DNA of 64,000 bases from the sequence record OP752703.1. One strand, 5' to 3'. Both the position numbers and the translations under genes were made by a program. A model generated the notes under the pieces. That model was not told the origin of the DNA, made no database searches, and was given only the letters and a program-made list of their open reading frames with translations. Every line of letters begins with the position of its first letter. Positions within the stretch are counted from its first letter, which is position 1. This document shows positions 36,039-44,484 of the stretch, piece by piece.

Positions 36039-36526
36039 TACTTGTCTTCCTTTTCGTCAGTGATGATTACAATAGCACACGACTTGCGGGTTAGTCCAGC
36101 CTTTACGTCAGCAACCTTAGTCTTAAAGGATTCAGGAATGCGATCATAAAGGAATTCGGATGCGATCATACCAAGATACACCACACCAATAGCAATTGCA
36201 AGCACTACCAAGCACAGAATGGCAAAGGAACCGATTACAGATGGTAGGCCGATCAGAATATCCTGTAGGAATGACGGATCAACACCCGAAATGTAGATTA
36301 CGCGTAGAGTTTCAGGATCACGCGGCCACATGGGCATAGGACCAATGGCGATCAGACTATACAGGGTGGCGATGGTTACATGCAGGATAGCATAGTACAG
36401 GATAGTGCGCTTGATGAAACGCCACACTAGATCACACACTGACTGAGGATGCGGGTTGATCCACAGACTATGCTTGTCGTAACCAAGGTAGCGACGGAAG
36501 AAGAACGAGTTAGAATTAATTTTCAC
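36038..36526 (-). CDS. membrane protein
   Basis: MKIN..FF.RRYLG...PQSVCDL. Confidence 0.75.
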   Translation of the reverse strand: MKINSNSFFFRRYLGYDKHSLWINPHPQSVCDLVWRFIKRTILYYAILHVTIATLYSLIAIGPMPMWPRDPETLRVIYISGVDPSFLQDILIGLPSVIGSFAILCLVVLAIAIGVVYLGMIASEFLYDRIPESFKTKVADVKAGLTRKSCAIVIITDEKEDK

Positions 36527-36528
36527 GG

Positions 36529-37128
36529 TTAGGTTCCGAATTTGAGTTTAGAGTCACGATAGAATACATGATCGCCAATCGTAGTGATATAGACCATGCG
36601 CTTATTTGCAGTTACCCAATAGGGAGGCTTCTTCATTGCTTTCTTTGAATAGTAGTGAGTGGCATCGCCAACCAAACCGTTCAGTTCACCGCGAAGGCCC
36701 TTTTCCGCAGCGATACGGGAATCTTCCCATGCCTTGCGTTCCTGAGCATTATGCAGGGACGGAATATGGTTTGTCAACCACGTCCACGAAAACTGTTTCC
36801 GCTGATACACTACACCGCAAACGTCCTTCGGGAATGACCGGGTGTTACTCACGTCCATCCGCTTGAAAACGACTTCTGCGACGGCTTCTTTCCCGTCCAT
36901 ATCTTGATCCCCTGCCTCGAAATAGATATTCCGCTGCAAGCAATCCAGTTCCTTCGGGTCAATCATAACCAGCAATTCATTCGCGCTGGGGATTTCTTCA
37001 ATGGTTTCCGGCAGTTCGATGTTCTCAGGCAGTGCTGCCAGAGTTTCGTTCTTCTTAGTGCCATTCCAGAGCGCGAAAGTTGCAATCACCGCTGCTGACA
37101 GGATGGCAATCCGACTGGTGTTAGTCAT
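36529..37128 (-). CDS. SleB/Hydrolase_2 cell-wall hydrolase
   Basis: CLQRNIYFEA, QFSW, ATHYY, IGDHVFY; N-terminal anchor. Confidence 0.9.
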   Translation of the reverse strand: MTNTSRIAILSAAVIATFALWNGTKKNETLAALPENIELPETIEEIPSANELLVMIDPKELDCLQRNIYFEAGDQDMDGKEAVAEVVFKRMDVSNTRSFPKDVCGVVYQRKQFSWTWLTNHIPSLHNAQERKAWEDSRIAAEKGLRGELNGLVGDATHYYSKKAMKKPPYWVTANKRMVYITTIGDHVFYRDSKLKFGT

Positions 37129-37202
37129 CTTGTTGCTCCGTAAGTGGTTGGTATGGGTGCCATCATACAGCATCCATACCCGGTGTCAAATGTTTTTAAC
37201 TC

Positions 37203-37568
37203 TTAAAAATCATTATTTGTTGATGGGATGCGAACCGTAAAGCCATCAGAGCTTTCACTGATCTGTTCCCCATCGTAAGGGCCATCAGGCTTGTTATAGC
37301 TCAGAGTCACTTCAACAGTATAGTATTCATTATTACTGTACCATGAATAGTTGTCGCGGTCACGAACACGAACCGCTACCGCCAAGCGCCTGATAGTCTC
37401 TTCCATCATCTTTTCAATGAAAGCTATCTGTGCCTCAGTGAATGGTGGCGGTGCCTCTTCTACTTCTACAGGCTTCGGTACAATAACTGCACCACGACCG
37501 TTATTCATATTCATCCATGGATCGGCGTATTCATCTAAATCGTCATTGTCCCAATCTAGGTCAGGCAT
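37203..37568 (-). CDS. hypothetical protein
   Basis: AGGAG RBS, ATG 37568. Confidence 0.7.
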   Translation of the reverse strand: MPDLDWDNDDLDEYADPWMNMNNGRGAVIVPKPVEVEEAPPPFTEAQIAFIEKMMEETIRRLAVAVRVRDRDNYSWYSNNEYYTVEVTLSYNKPDGPYDGEQISESSDGFTVRIPSTNNDF

Positions 37569-37587
37569 GGTATTCTCCTTTTCAGAA

Positions 37588-37627
37588 ATTATAAACCCCT
37601 CCGACTGGATTGTCAAGAGGGGTTTTT
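37588..37627 (-). promoter_or_regulatory. sigma70 promoter inside a hairpin
   Basis: AAACCCCTC-TTGACA-17-TATAAT with GAGGGGTTT arm. Confidence 0.8.
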
Positions 37628-37631
37628 GAAT

Positions 37632-37707
37632 TGGCGCGCCCGGAGGGATTCGAACCCCCAACCAACAAGGTAGAAGCTTGTTGCTCTATCCATTGAGCTA
37701 CGGACGC
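37632..37707 (-). tRNA. tRNA-Arg(TCT)
   Basis: cloverleaf, loop CTTCTAC, CCA. Confidence 0.92.
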
Positions 37708-37713
37708 ATTGAA

Positions 37714-37899
37714 TTAATTGCTAAGAATAAACTTAACCATGGAACCAACGGGAATCACCCACCAGCACCCCATCCATACGAATGAGTAGCTCTTAGCCTT
37801 CTGTGTTACGTTATGGTTCAGGTAACACAGCATCACAGGGAATGCACCGATTCCCATCATAACAGCACACAGTGCGAATTTAGCGAACTGCAAGTCCAT
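37714..37899 (-). CDS. small membrane protein
   Basis: ORF track. Confidence 0.6.
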   Translation of the reverse strand: MDLQFAKFALCAVMMGIGAFPVMLCYLNHNVTQKAKSYSFVWMGCWWVIPVGSMVKFILSN

Positions 37900-38098
37900 T
37901 GTTATCTTCCAGTAGAATGCGAATGTCAGTCACGTGATGCCAGTCCCAGCGATCACCATAACCAGAGGTTTTGTTATGAGTATTTACTGCCTCGAAAGCT
38001 TCTTCTTCCGTTTCAAACTTCCCCTTAAAGTCATCCATACCACCTTCGGGGTAATAGTGGTGTCCAGCAAAGAGAAGATACGGCTTTTCAATAGTCAT
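37880..38098 (-). CDS. hypothetical phage protein
   Basis: YLLFAG..YYPEGG..DF. Confidence 0.7.
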   Translation of the reverse strand: MTIEKPYLLFAGHHYYPEGGMDDFKGKFETEEEAFEAVNTHNKTSGYGDRWDWHHVTDIRILLEDNNGLAVR

Positions 38099-38355
38099 TA
38101 GTCTCGTCCGGGTAGTTGGTCACGCCATTGTAGATAGTAATCGCGGATAATGCAATACTCTTTCAGCAGCTTTTTCTTAACGACTCGTTCATCATAACCA
38201 AGGATTAGATGAATCACATCCTTGGCTTCCTGTGAGAGTGAATCAAACGCCTCCTTACATACACTAAGGATTACATCCCTGTCAAGTCTAGAAGACGTTA
38301 TGATCGCACAAACACTGATTTCTTCGTTGGTAAGAACAACCTTACTGATTTTCAT
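38098..38355 (-). CDS. hypothetical protein
   Basis: coupled ORF. Confidence 0.65.
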   Translation of the reverse strand: MKISKVVLTNEEISVCAIITSSRLDRDVILSVCKEAFDSLSQEAKDVIHLILGYDERVVKKKLLKEYCIIRDYYLQWRDQLPGRD

Positions 38356-38754
38356 TAGAGAGTTGCAGACTCAGTTGTGGATTTGTCTGAAAGATTAACC
38401 TTCTCGACCCTGCCATTGTGGAAATACAGGATAGCACAGCCTTTGCGACTCCACCACTGTGTAGAGTCGTATTCATACACAGAATGCTTATCAATCTGCG
38501 GACTATCATACGGACCATCAGGATAGGAAGGGGACCAACGTTCGCCACAACACTCACACCATTCAGAGTGATCCTCAGTGATTTGGTTTAGACGGCTAGC
38601 CGCATAATCTTCCGAAGGAGCTTCGATCAACACGTAAACACCTACTTCATCATTTTCAATGAAGTATCCGGCCACTGTTGTTCTGGCTGAAAGTATACCA
38701 CTTTAAATCAGGTGGTGTTGCATTTGCTTCTTTAATTACTGTCACTCTTGACAT
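38355..38754 (-). pseudogene. phage QNNSGG/CECCGERW protein interrupted by a +1 frameshift near 38670
   Basis: ATG 38754 frame reads ...KWYTFSQNNSG then stops; removing one C gives SGGYFIEN... continuing to 38355. Confidence 0.65.
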
Positions 38755-39040
38755 TGGGAATTACTCCTACGATTTTTGAGGCATCTACGATAAAATATTC
38801 ATCACGACCATCCATGACAGGATGACCAGCAGTTTCAGGAACAATTACAGTATCGCCTACTTTTACTGCCGGTGCAACTACATCGCCATTATCTAGTGGC
38901 TTGCCCGGACCAACGGCTACGACTTCGCAGCGGGTCTTATCAACGGGAGCATTAGCTAGGACGATACCGAATTCGCTACGCACTTCATCAACAATGATGG
39001 GCTTAACGATGATGTTGTTAAAAAGGGGTTTGATATTCAT
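38732..39040 (-). CDS. groES: co-chaperonin GroES
   Basis: IKPLFNNIIVK, VVAVGPG, VKVGDTV. Confidence 0.9.
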   Translation of the reverse strand: MNIKPLFNNIIVKPIIVDEVRSEFGIVLANAPVDKTRCEVVAVGPGKPLDNGDVVAPAVKVGDTVIVPETAGHPVMDGRDEYFIVDASKIVGVIPNVKSDSN

Positions 39041-39082
39041 GTGGCTATTATACTTGGTATTTCTGAAAAGTAAAGGGGGATA

Positions 39083-39832
39083 TTACTCCCCCTTTGGTTT
39101 CCATTGCTTACGGCGCTTGCTGTTCGTCTTCCACGAAACCTCTGATCGCTTGGCCGCGACGGGAACATCGTCCCATACAGTGCGGATGTGGCGACGGTTA
39201 CGCTTGGCACGTCCGAACTTGAACCCGTCTTCATCTTCGGTGTTGTGGCCTTCGGTCGCACGGAGTTCACCACTCGTCCTTGGGCTACGCGTCCACCACC
39301 AGCAGACTTGCTCTAGTTCTTCTTCACCTTGTCCACGAACATCACTCACGCGACGTTCTACCTTGTGGAATTCCTTGATCTTAGCAGCGTTCTTCTTGTT
39401 GGTCAAACGTGCTTCGGTTTGGGCAGTCCACTTGGCGGGACGGGACCAGTATCGACCGGTGTAGGGTGGGTGGACGTACTCGGGAGCGCGTGCCACTTCC
39501 CTAGCGGTGATGATAGCACCGTAGTTGTTGCGGATCAAGAACGGGAACGAACCTTCTACGAATTCGTACTTGCTCTGCCAGTACGTTACGTAAGTGTGCT
39601 TCTTCCAATCGTGACGGTACTTGATTCCGGTTTCATTCACCAAATCGTACACGGTCAAGTGTTCAGCCCCGATGTAGTAACCGCTGTAACGGCTACGGAC
39701 CATGCTGAGGATGTAGTTCTTTACCGCGCTGAGGGAACTGAAATAGACGGGGATTTTGTCGAAGTCATCGTATACGTTGGTGACGCTGTAGGTGTATTCG
39801 ACGGGTTCGACAATGTGTAGGGTCTTGCTCAT
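39083..39832 (-). CDS. basic hypothetical protein
   Basis: 249-aa ORF, AAGGAG RBS. Confidence 0.75.
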   Translation of the reverse strand: MSKTLHIVEPVEYTYSVTNVYDDFDKIPVYFSSLSAVKNYILSMVRSRYSGYYIGAEHLTVYDLVNETGIKYRHDWKKHTYVTYWQSKYEFVEGSFPFLIRNNYGAIITAREVARAPEYVHPPYTGRYWSRPAKWTAQTEARLTNKKNAAKIKEFHKVERRVSDVRGQGEEELEQVCWWWTRSPRTSGELRATEGHNTEDEDGFKFGRAKRNRRHIRTVWDDVPVAAKRSEVSWKTNSKRRKQWKPKGE

Positions 39833-39907
39833 GTTTAGTCTCCTTTAATTAACCTAAACTAGACATGATGACCTCCTTTATTATTGAATTTGTTCATTAG
39901 TTACCTT

Positions 39908-40225
39908 TTAGTATTGATACAACTCTTGGTTGATACCCATGACGGTATCATAAATCTGGTCGATGCGAGTGATGTGGTACGGAATCATTGCCATATTGGC
40001 TGGCTTCGCTTCCTCATACATCTGGAACACTGGCACCTTATCATCAGTTTCCACCTTAATGATAAACGGCTTGTCACGCAATAGTACACGGAACGAGGCA
40101 ATATAGCAATCATTCCTTAGAAGCTCTGCACTCATGGATAAACCAGTGAGATTTAGCCATTCCATGACAAAAATAAGCTTAATGAAGTCTGCACGTTCAG
40201 GTGAAGTGGACACTGTAGGGTTCAT
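39908..40225 (-). CDS. hypothetical protein
   Basis: start re-assigned downstream of tRNA-Ser. Confidence 0.6.
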   Translation of the reverse strand: MNPTVSTSPERADFIKLIFVMEWLNLTGLSMSAELLRNDCYIASFRVLLRDKPFIIKVETDDKVPVFQMYEEAKPANMAMIPYHITRIDQIYDTVMGINQELYQY

Positions 40226-40269
40226 GGGAAGAAGTATAAGAGAGGGACAACGATGTGTCAAGAGGAATT

Positions 40270-40359
40270 TGGCGGATACGGAAGGATTCGAACCTTCGGT
40301 CCCGGTTAAGGGACGCTCCCTTAGCAAGGGAGTGCTTTAGGCCACTCAGCCACGTATCC
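40270..40359 (-). tRNA. tRNA-Ser(GCT)
   Basis: cloverleaf, long variable arm, CCA. Confidence 0.93.
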
Positions 40360-40367
40360 GTAAAAGT

Positions 40368-40444
40368 TGGGGGAGAGTGGGGGAATCGAACCCGCCATAC
40401 CCGCAGTCACAGTGCAGGACTCTAACCGTTGAGATAACTCTCCC
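40368..40444 (-). tRNA. tRNA-His(GTG), genome-encoded G-1
   Basis: loop CTGTGAC, G-1:C73, CCA. Confidence 0.9.
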
Positions 40445-40542
40445 ATATTATCAAATGCGTGCTTACCATCACACTCGGGTAGCTATCATGGAGCTACTGC
40501 CATTTCCCTTGGTTCTGACCCAAGTCTTCATTTGATAGTTGT

Positions 40543-40592
40543 TGGAGCCGATAGGGCGGAAGAAGCCTCTTCCGGGCTTTCCCTTAATCGGC
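40543..40592 (-). ncRNA. 50-nt CCA-ended minihelix-like RNA (candidate)
   Basis: GCCGAT/ATCGGC-T-CCA plus internal CGGAAGA/TCTTCCG stem. Confidence 0.4.
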
Positions 40593-40600
40593 ATAGAATC

Positions 40601-40676
40601 TGGTGGATCGTGTAGGGTTCGAACCTACGACAATCGCCTTGTAAGGGCGGCGCTCTACCAACTGAGCTAACGATCC
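40601..40676 (-). tRNA. tRNA-Val(TAC)
   Basis: cloverleaf, CCA. Confidence 0.92.
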
Positions 40677-40688
40677 ATTTTGTGTATG

Positions 40689-41072
40689 TTACCAGCGATT
40701 ATGCATTTCGTCAACAGTCGGTAGCTCGGTCCAGTCGGTCGCCCCATCATAGATCGGGGAAATCAGGTCACGAATTACTACCAAGTTTTCTTCGGTGAAA
40801 TCACCACTACTATAGTTGTCTTCCGTCTTAAGGGAACCCATGTACTTGGTTTGCTGGATGATGACGTTTTTAATCTCTAGGTCTAGAGGCTGTTCTGGCT
40901 TCAAGCGACTATCCTTAGCATTAATGATAATGGTTAGATTATCCGCAGGCTTCCATACGTACTTTACCGTATACCACGACCTATCGGTGTAATAGGAATT
41001 AGTGGTTTTGGTTCGAGTCAGTTCCGATGGAATCGACCCGATAATCTCTAGAAAACGCTGTGAAAGGTGCAT
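40689..41072 (-). CDS. hypothetical protein
   Basis: ORF track. Confidence 0.65.
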   Translation of the reverse strand: MHLSQRFLEIIGSIPSELTRTKTTNSYYTDRSWYTVKYVWKPADNLTIIINAKDSRLKPEQPLDLEIKNVIIQQTKYMGSLKTEDNYSSGDFTEENLVVIRDLISPIYDGATDWTELPTVDEMHNRW

Positions 41073-41087
41073 ACGTCTCTTCTAAAT

Positions 41088-41163
41088 TGGTGGAGCCTAT
41101 CGGGATCGAACCGATTACCTTCTGCGTGCAAGGCAGACGCTCTCCCAAGTGAGCTAAGGCCCC
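41088..41163 (-). tRNA. tRNA-Ala(TGC)
   Basis: cloverleaf, G3:U70, CCA. Confidence 0.93.
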
Positions 41164-41171
41164 ATGTTAAA

Positions 41172-41251
41172 TGGACCGGGCGACAGGGGTCGAACCTGCA
41201 TTTTCATCCATTACCTGAGTCAACGTTCGTAGCGTTGCTGGTTACACCCGG
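41172..41251 (-). tRNA. aberrant tRNA-Arg(ACG)-like: no D arm, 21-nt variable region
   Basis: CCGGGTG/CGCCCGG acceptor, CAACG-CTACGAA-CGTTG, normal T arm, CCA. Confidence 0.7.
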
Positions 41252-41257
41252 AGTATA

Positions 41258-41638
41258 TTACAAAAACTTGTTAAAATCAACTACATCTCTAGGATAAATT
41301 TCACCATCTTTAGGATGGGAAGCTCTCTCTACTAGGAACTTGCGATCTTCCGTGGAGATATTCTCAACAGGAATAGTCACAGTTCGTTTCAGCAAACCGT
41401 AAAAGAACGGAGTCTTGATTAAAACGTTGCGTAGCTTGTACGGCTTATTGCTTCTATTCATGTAATTCTCTAGAAGCTCTACGACTACAACCTTCTTATT
41501 AGGAAGTCGCCATGTTGTGGTAACCAAGGCTTTGTGGTCGAAATAATCGCCACCTGTCCATCTTGTATCACGATCACATGTGGTAGCTTGGTATTTCAGG
41601 TAGTCTAGAAAATTTAAACCTTCATCTGATTCAGACAT
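41258..41638 (-). CDS. hypothetical protein
   Basis: ORF track. Confidence 0.7.
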   Translation of the reverse strand: MSESDEGLNFLDYLKYQATTCDRDTRWTGGDYFDHKALVTTTWRLPNKKVVVVELLENYMNRSNKPYKLRNVLIKTPFFYGLLKRTVTIPVENISTEDRKFLVERASHPKDGEIYPRDVVDFNKFL

Positions 41639-41655
41639 AAATTTCCTTTGGGATT

Positions 41656-41732
41656 TGGTTGGACTAGCGGGACTTGAACCTGCGACCTCCCGGTTATCAG
41701 CCGGACGCTCTAACCAACTGAGCTATAGTCCA
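41656..41732 (-). tRNA. tRNA-Ile(GAT)
   Basis: cloverleaf, CCA. Confidence 0.93.
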
Positions 41733-41752
41733 TTACTTTAATTGTTACTTAT

Positions 41753-42013
41753 TTAGGCGGGTAGAATATTCAGTGTCACCTTACGAGTAAGGATAACAAC
41801 CGAGTCAGTCCCATCTTCATTGTCGCCGTAGACTTCAATGATGCCCTTGTTAAGGTCTAGGCATACATCATAGTGCTTATCGGTCGGGAAGTCAAGCCCT
41901 TCCTTGAACTGCGCCTGATAGAACATCAGGGCCATTGTTTCCAGTTCATCCCAGCCGCCCCATGATTCAATGAATGAGGATTCGATACCTTCGGGAATGA
42001 TGCGTTCAGACAT
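41753..42013 (-). CDS. hypothetical protein
   Basis: start re-assigned to MSERII. Confidence 0.65.
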   Translation of the reverse strand: MSERIIPEGIESSFIESWGGWDELETMALMFYQAQFKEGLDFPTDKHYDVCLDLNKGIIEVYGDNEDGTDSVVILTRKVTLNILPA

Positions 42014-42023
42014 TTTTATACCT

Positions 42024-42218
42024 TTATTGTTTAACGCACAGGGCATGTGCGTTGATGATTTGATAAGTGTACTTTCGATTCTTCTGTTGCGCAATCCATG
42101 CGTTACCGGCTGCTAGGCAACCGGCTTCGCTTTTGAATCCATCAACATTATGAATGGACGCCGAGCTTTCATAGCTATGGGGCGCAACCAGCATTAGCGT
42201 CAGGATCAGAGTATACAT
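42024..42218 (-). CDS. small secreted Cys-containing protein
   Basis: signal-like N-terminus, F.SEAGC..AG. Confidence 0.65.
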   Translation of the reverse strand: MYTLILTLMLVAPHSYESSASIHNVDGFKSEAGCLAAGNAWIAQQKNRKYTYQIINAHALCVKQ

Positions 42219-42604
42219 TACTTGGCCGGTTCAAAGGTAGTGGTAGTCTTGCCGTCCTTGGTGGAGCGAATGACGGTGTAGCCTACGATCTTTTCACAGA
42301 TACGGGTGTTGTGGAGGTTCGATGCAACGAGCGCACCGGTTACAGCACCGCCAATACCCCACAGGTCTTGATTTGAGGCGTTTGCAGCACGTGAGCCGCC
42401 CTTACCTACCAGATAGCCAGCACCAGCGCCGATAGCGGCATTCAGGAGCTTGTCAGTGCTAGTCTGCTCACAGGTTTGCTCAATCTTCGGGATACGGGTT
42501 TCAATCGTACCATCCGGTAGCTGAGTGGTTTCCGAGGCGACGGTCTGAGCCGAAGCAAAAGCCGAGACGGACATTAGAGCAACAGCCAGTAGAACGTTCT
42601 TCAT
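42218..42604 (-). CDS. secreted glycine-zipper 2TM protein
   Basis: signal peptide; GAGAGYLVG...GAVTGALVA. Confidence 0.8.
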   Translation of the reverse strand: MKNVLLAVALMSVSAFASAQTVASETTQLPDGTIETRIPKIEQTCEQTSTDKLLNAAIGAGAGYLVGKGGSRAANASNQDLWGIGGAVTGALVASNLHNTRICEKIVGYTVIRSTKDGKTTTTFEPAK

Positions 42605-42670
42605 TTGTTTAGTTTCCTAGTTGGTAGGTGGTTAGTATAGAGTGGTTTGAAACAGGTGTCAAGCAATTTC

Positions 42671-43186
42671 TTAGTAGACTAGCATTGCCTTTTCAAGGTA
42701 GCTTGCCATCTTGGTAAAGTTATTGACGTGTTCCGAACGGGTCACAGTCTTGTGCTGGTTAATCTTACGGGTTACGCGGCCAATTTCATCGTTCAGTTCG
42801 GAGACGCATTCGTCTTCACTCTTGATGTACGGATCACCAGACTTGTTGTTCCAGCTATTGACATACAGCATACCAGCTTCCTCTAGGTACTTGTGGCTAG
42901 GGAAGTTTGCCCATTCGCCTAGATCGCAGGTTTCACTCTTAAAGGAATTCTCCACGACCTTGCCGTTATTAACATACTGCTCAACGCCGAGGCAGCAGAA
43001 ACCACCCGAGACTGAACTATGTAGCTGGCCATCGTCCTGAATGTATTCACCAGAGCGCAGAGCCTTTAGCCACTTCTGAGCGCGCTTCTTCGGCATTAGA
43101 ATGGTGTATCCCTGATCGAATAGGGCAACTTCGATCTTCTTATCTTTAAGCATCTTTTCAGCTTGTGCTTTAGTTACAGTCTTCAT
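42671..43186 (-). CDS. hypothetical protein (paralogue A)
   Basis: WLKALRSGEY.Q...FCCLGV. Confidence 0.8.
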   Translation of the reverse strand: MKTVTKAQAEKMLKDKKIEVALFDQGYTILMPKKRAQKWLKALRSGEYIQDDGQLHSSVSGGFCCLGVEQYVNNGKVVENSFKSETCDLGEWANFPSHKYLEEAGMLYVNSWNNKSGDPYIKSEDECVSELNDEIGRVTRKINQHKTVTRSEHVNNFTKMASYLEKAMLVY

Positions 43187-43247
43187 TGTTTTGGTTCCGT
43201 TGTTGGAGTAGGTGAATTATAGAGGGTGGTTAGGGTGGTGTCAAGTC

Positions 43248-43757
43248 TTAGTAGACTAGCATCACTTCTTCAAGGTAATCCGCCATCTTGGCGAAATCGT
43301 TAGTATGGAGCTTTACCTTCTTAGTTGCGTACTGGTTCACCTTCTTCTTAACTTCATAAGTGGAGTCGTTGAGGTTTGCAGTACGACCCTTGCGCAGTGC
43401 AGGATTGCCAGTCTTGCAATTGTCTGCGTCAACGAACAGATAGCCACGCTCTTGCTGATAGCCAATGGTCGGATAACCGAGGAAGTTGCCGTTCTTATCC
43501 TTGTCACTTTTGTAATTGTTTTCTACATAACCATCATTATTGCAATACTGCTCAACGCCGAGGCAGCAGAAACCACCAGTCGTCGGATTATGAAGCACCA
43601 TCGCTGACTGAATATATTCACCAGAGCGCAGTGCGTCAAGCCAATTCTGTGCAGCTTCCTTCGGCATTAGAATCGTATACTTCTTTTTGAAATACGAACT
43701 ACTGATGCGACCAGCATCCAGCATGTTCTGAGCTTCTGTCTTGGTTACAGTCTTCAT
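43248..43757 (-). CDS. hypothetical protein (paralogue B)
   Basis: WLDALRSGEY.Q...FCCLGV; start re-assigned to MKTVTK. Confidence 0.8.
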   Translation of the reverse strand: MKTVTKTEAQNMLDAGRISSSYFKKKYTILMPKEAAQNWLDALRSGEYIQSAMVLHNPTTGGFCCLGVEQYCNNDGYVENNYKSDKDKNGNFLGYPTIGYQQERGYLFVDADNCKTGNPALRKGRTANLNDSTYEVKKKVNQYATKKVKLHTNDFAKMADYLEEVMLVY

Positions 43758-43830
43758 GGGTTTGGTTCCGTTGTTGGAGTAGGTGCCTATAATAAATCGG
43801 CCTAGATGCCTTGTCAACCCCTGAAACGAA

Positions 43831-43854
43831 GAAAACCACCCGAAGGTGGTTTTC
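43831..43854. terminator. intrinsic terminator
   Basis: GAAAACCACC-CGAA-GGTGGTTTTC. Confidence 0.8.
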
Positions 43855-43858
43855 AAAA

Positions 43859-43934
43859 TGGCGGACCTGATAGGATTCGAACCTATGACCCTCGCCTTAA
43901 CAGGGCGATGCACTAACCGCTGTGCTACAGATCC
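43859..43934 (-). tRNA. tRNA-Asn(GTT)
   Basis: cloverleaf, CCA. Confidence 0.93.
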
Positions 43935-43959
43935 ATTAAATTATACAAACTATTTAGTA

Positions 43960-44139
43960 TTACTTTTTCTTACGTGTAAACTGCATGTTCTCAGTCCACA
44001 GTAGGTACATTGTGATAAGGCTCATGATAGCAGTTCCACCTACCAAGTCAACCCCTCGCACCCCTTGGAATGCACCGAATAGGAATCCGATGGCACTGAT
44101 AGGGAGAGTCAGTAGTAAAGCAATGCCCAAACGCTTCAT
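43960..44139 (-). CDS. small membrane protein
   Basis: two TM segments. Confidence 0.65.
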   Translation of the reverse strand: MKRLGIALLLTLPISAIGFLFGAFQGVRGVDLVGGTAIMSLITMYLLWTENMQFTRKKK

Positions 44140-44153
44140 AGTTTTCCTTAAAT

Positions 44154-44228
44154 TGGAAGCCAGTGCGGGAGTCGAACCCACCTAAACGGATTTGCAATCC
44201 GTCACATCTGCCGCTCTGTCAACTGGCC
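44154..44228 (-). tRNA. tRNA-Cys(GCA)
   Basis: cloverleaf, U73, CCA. Confidence 0.92.
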
Positions 44229-44232
44229 GTTG

Positions 44233-44466
44233 TTAAAGTGTAAGTATGCGGTAGATAAAGTAACCCATCGCACCTAGAATTGCAAGCCCTACAATAGTAG
44301 GCGCCCACGTTTTAATTGTTTCGCGTATCGCATCTATCAACATGACTAATAGCAAGATGAAAATTGCTATAGCCGTAGCTAATGGCTTCAAACAAAGAGC
44401 CATCGCCTTGCCAATCCATATCAACGTCCTAACGAATTTGGTATTATGCACGTTGTATTCTTCCAT
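44233..44466 (-). CDS. small membrane protein
   Basis: ORF track. Confidence 0.65.
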   Translation of the reverse strand: MEEYNVHNTKFVRTLIWIGKAMALCLKPLATAIAIFILLLVMLIDAIRETIKTWAPTIVGLAILGAMGYFIYRILTL

Positions 44467-44484
44467 GTTAATACCTTATTTACC

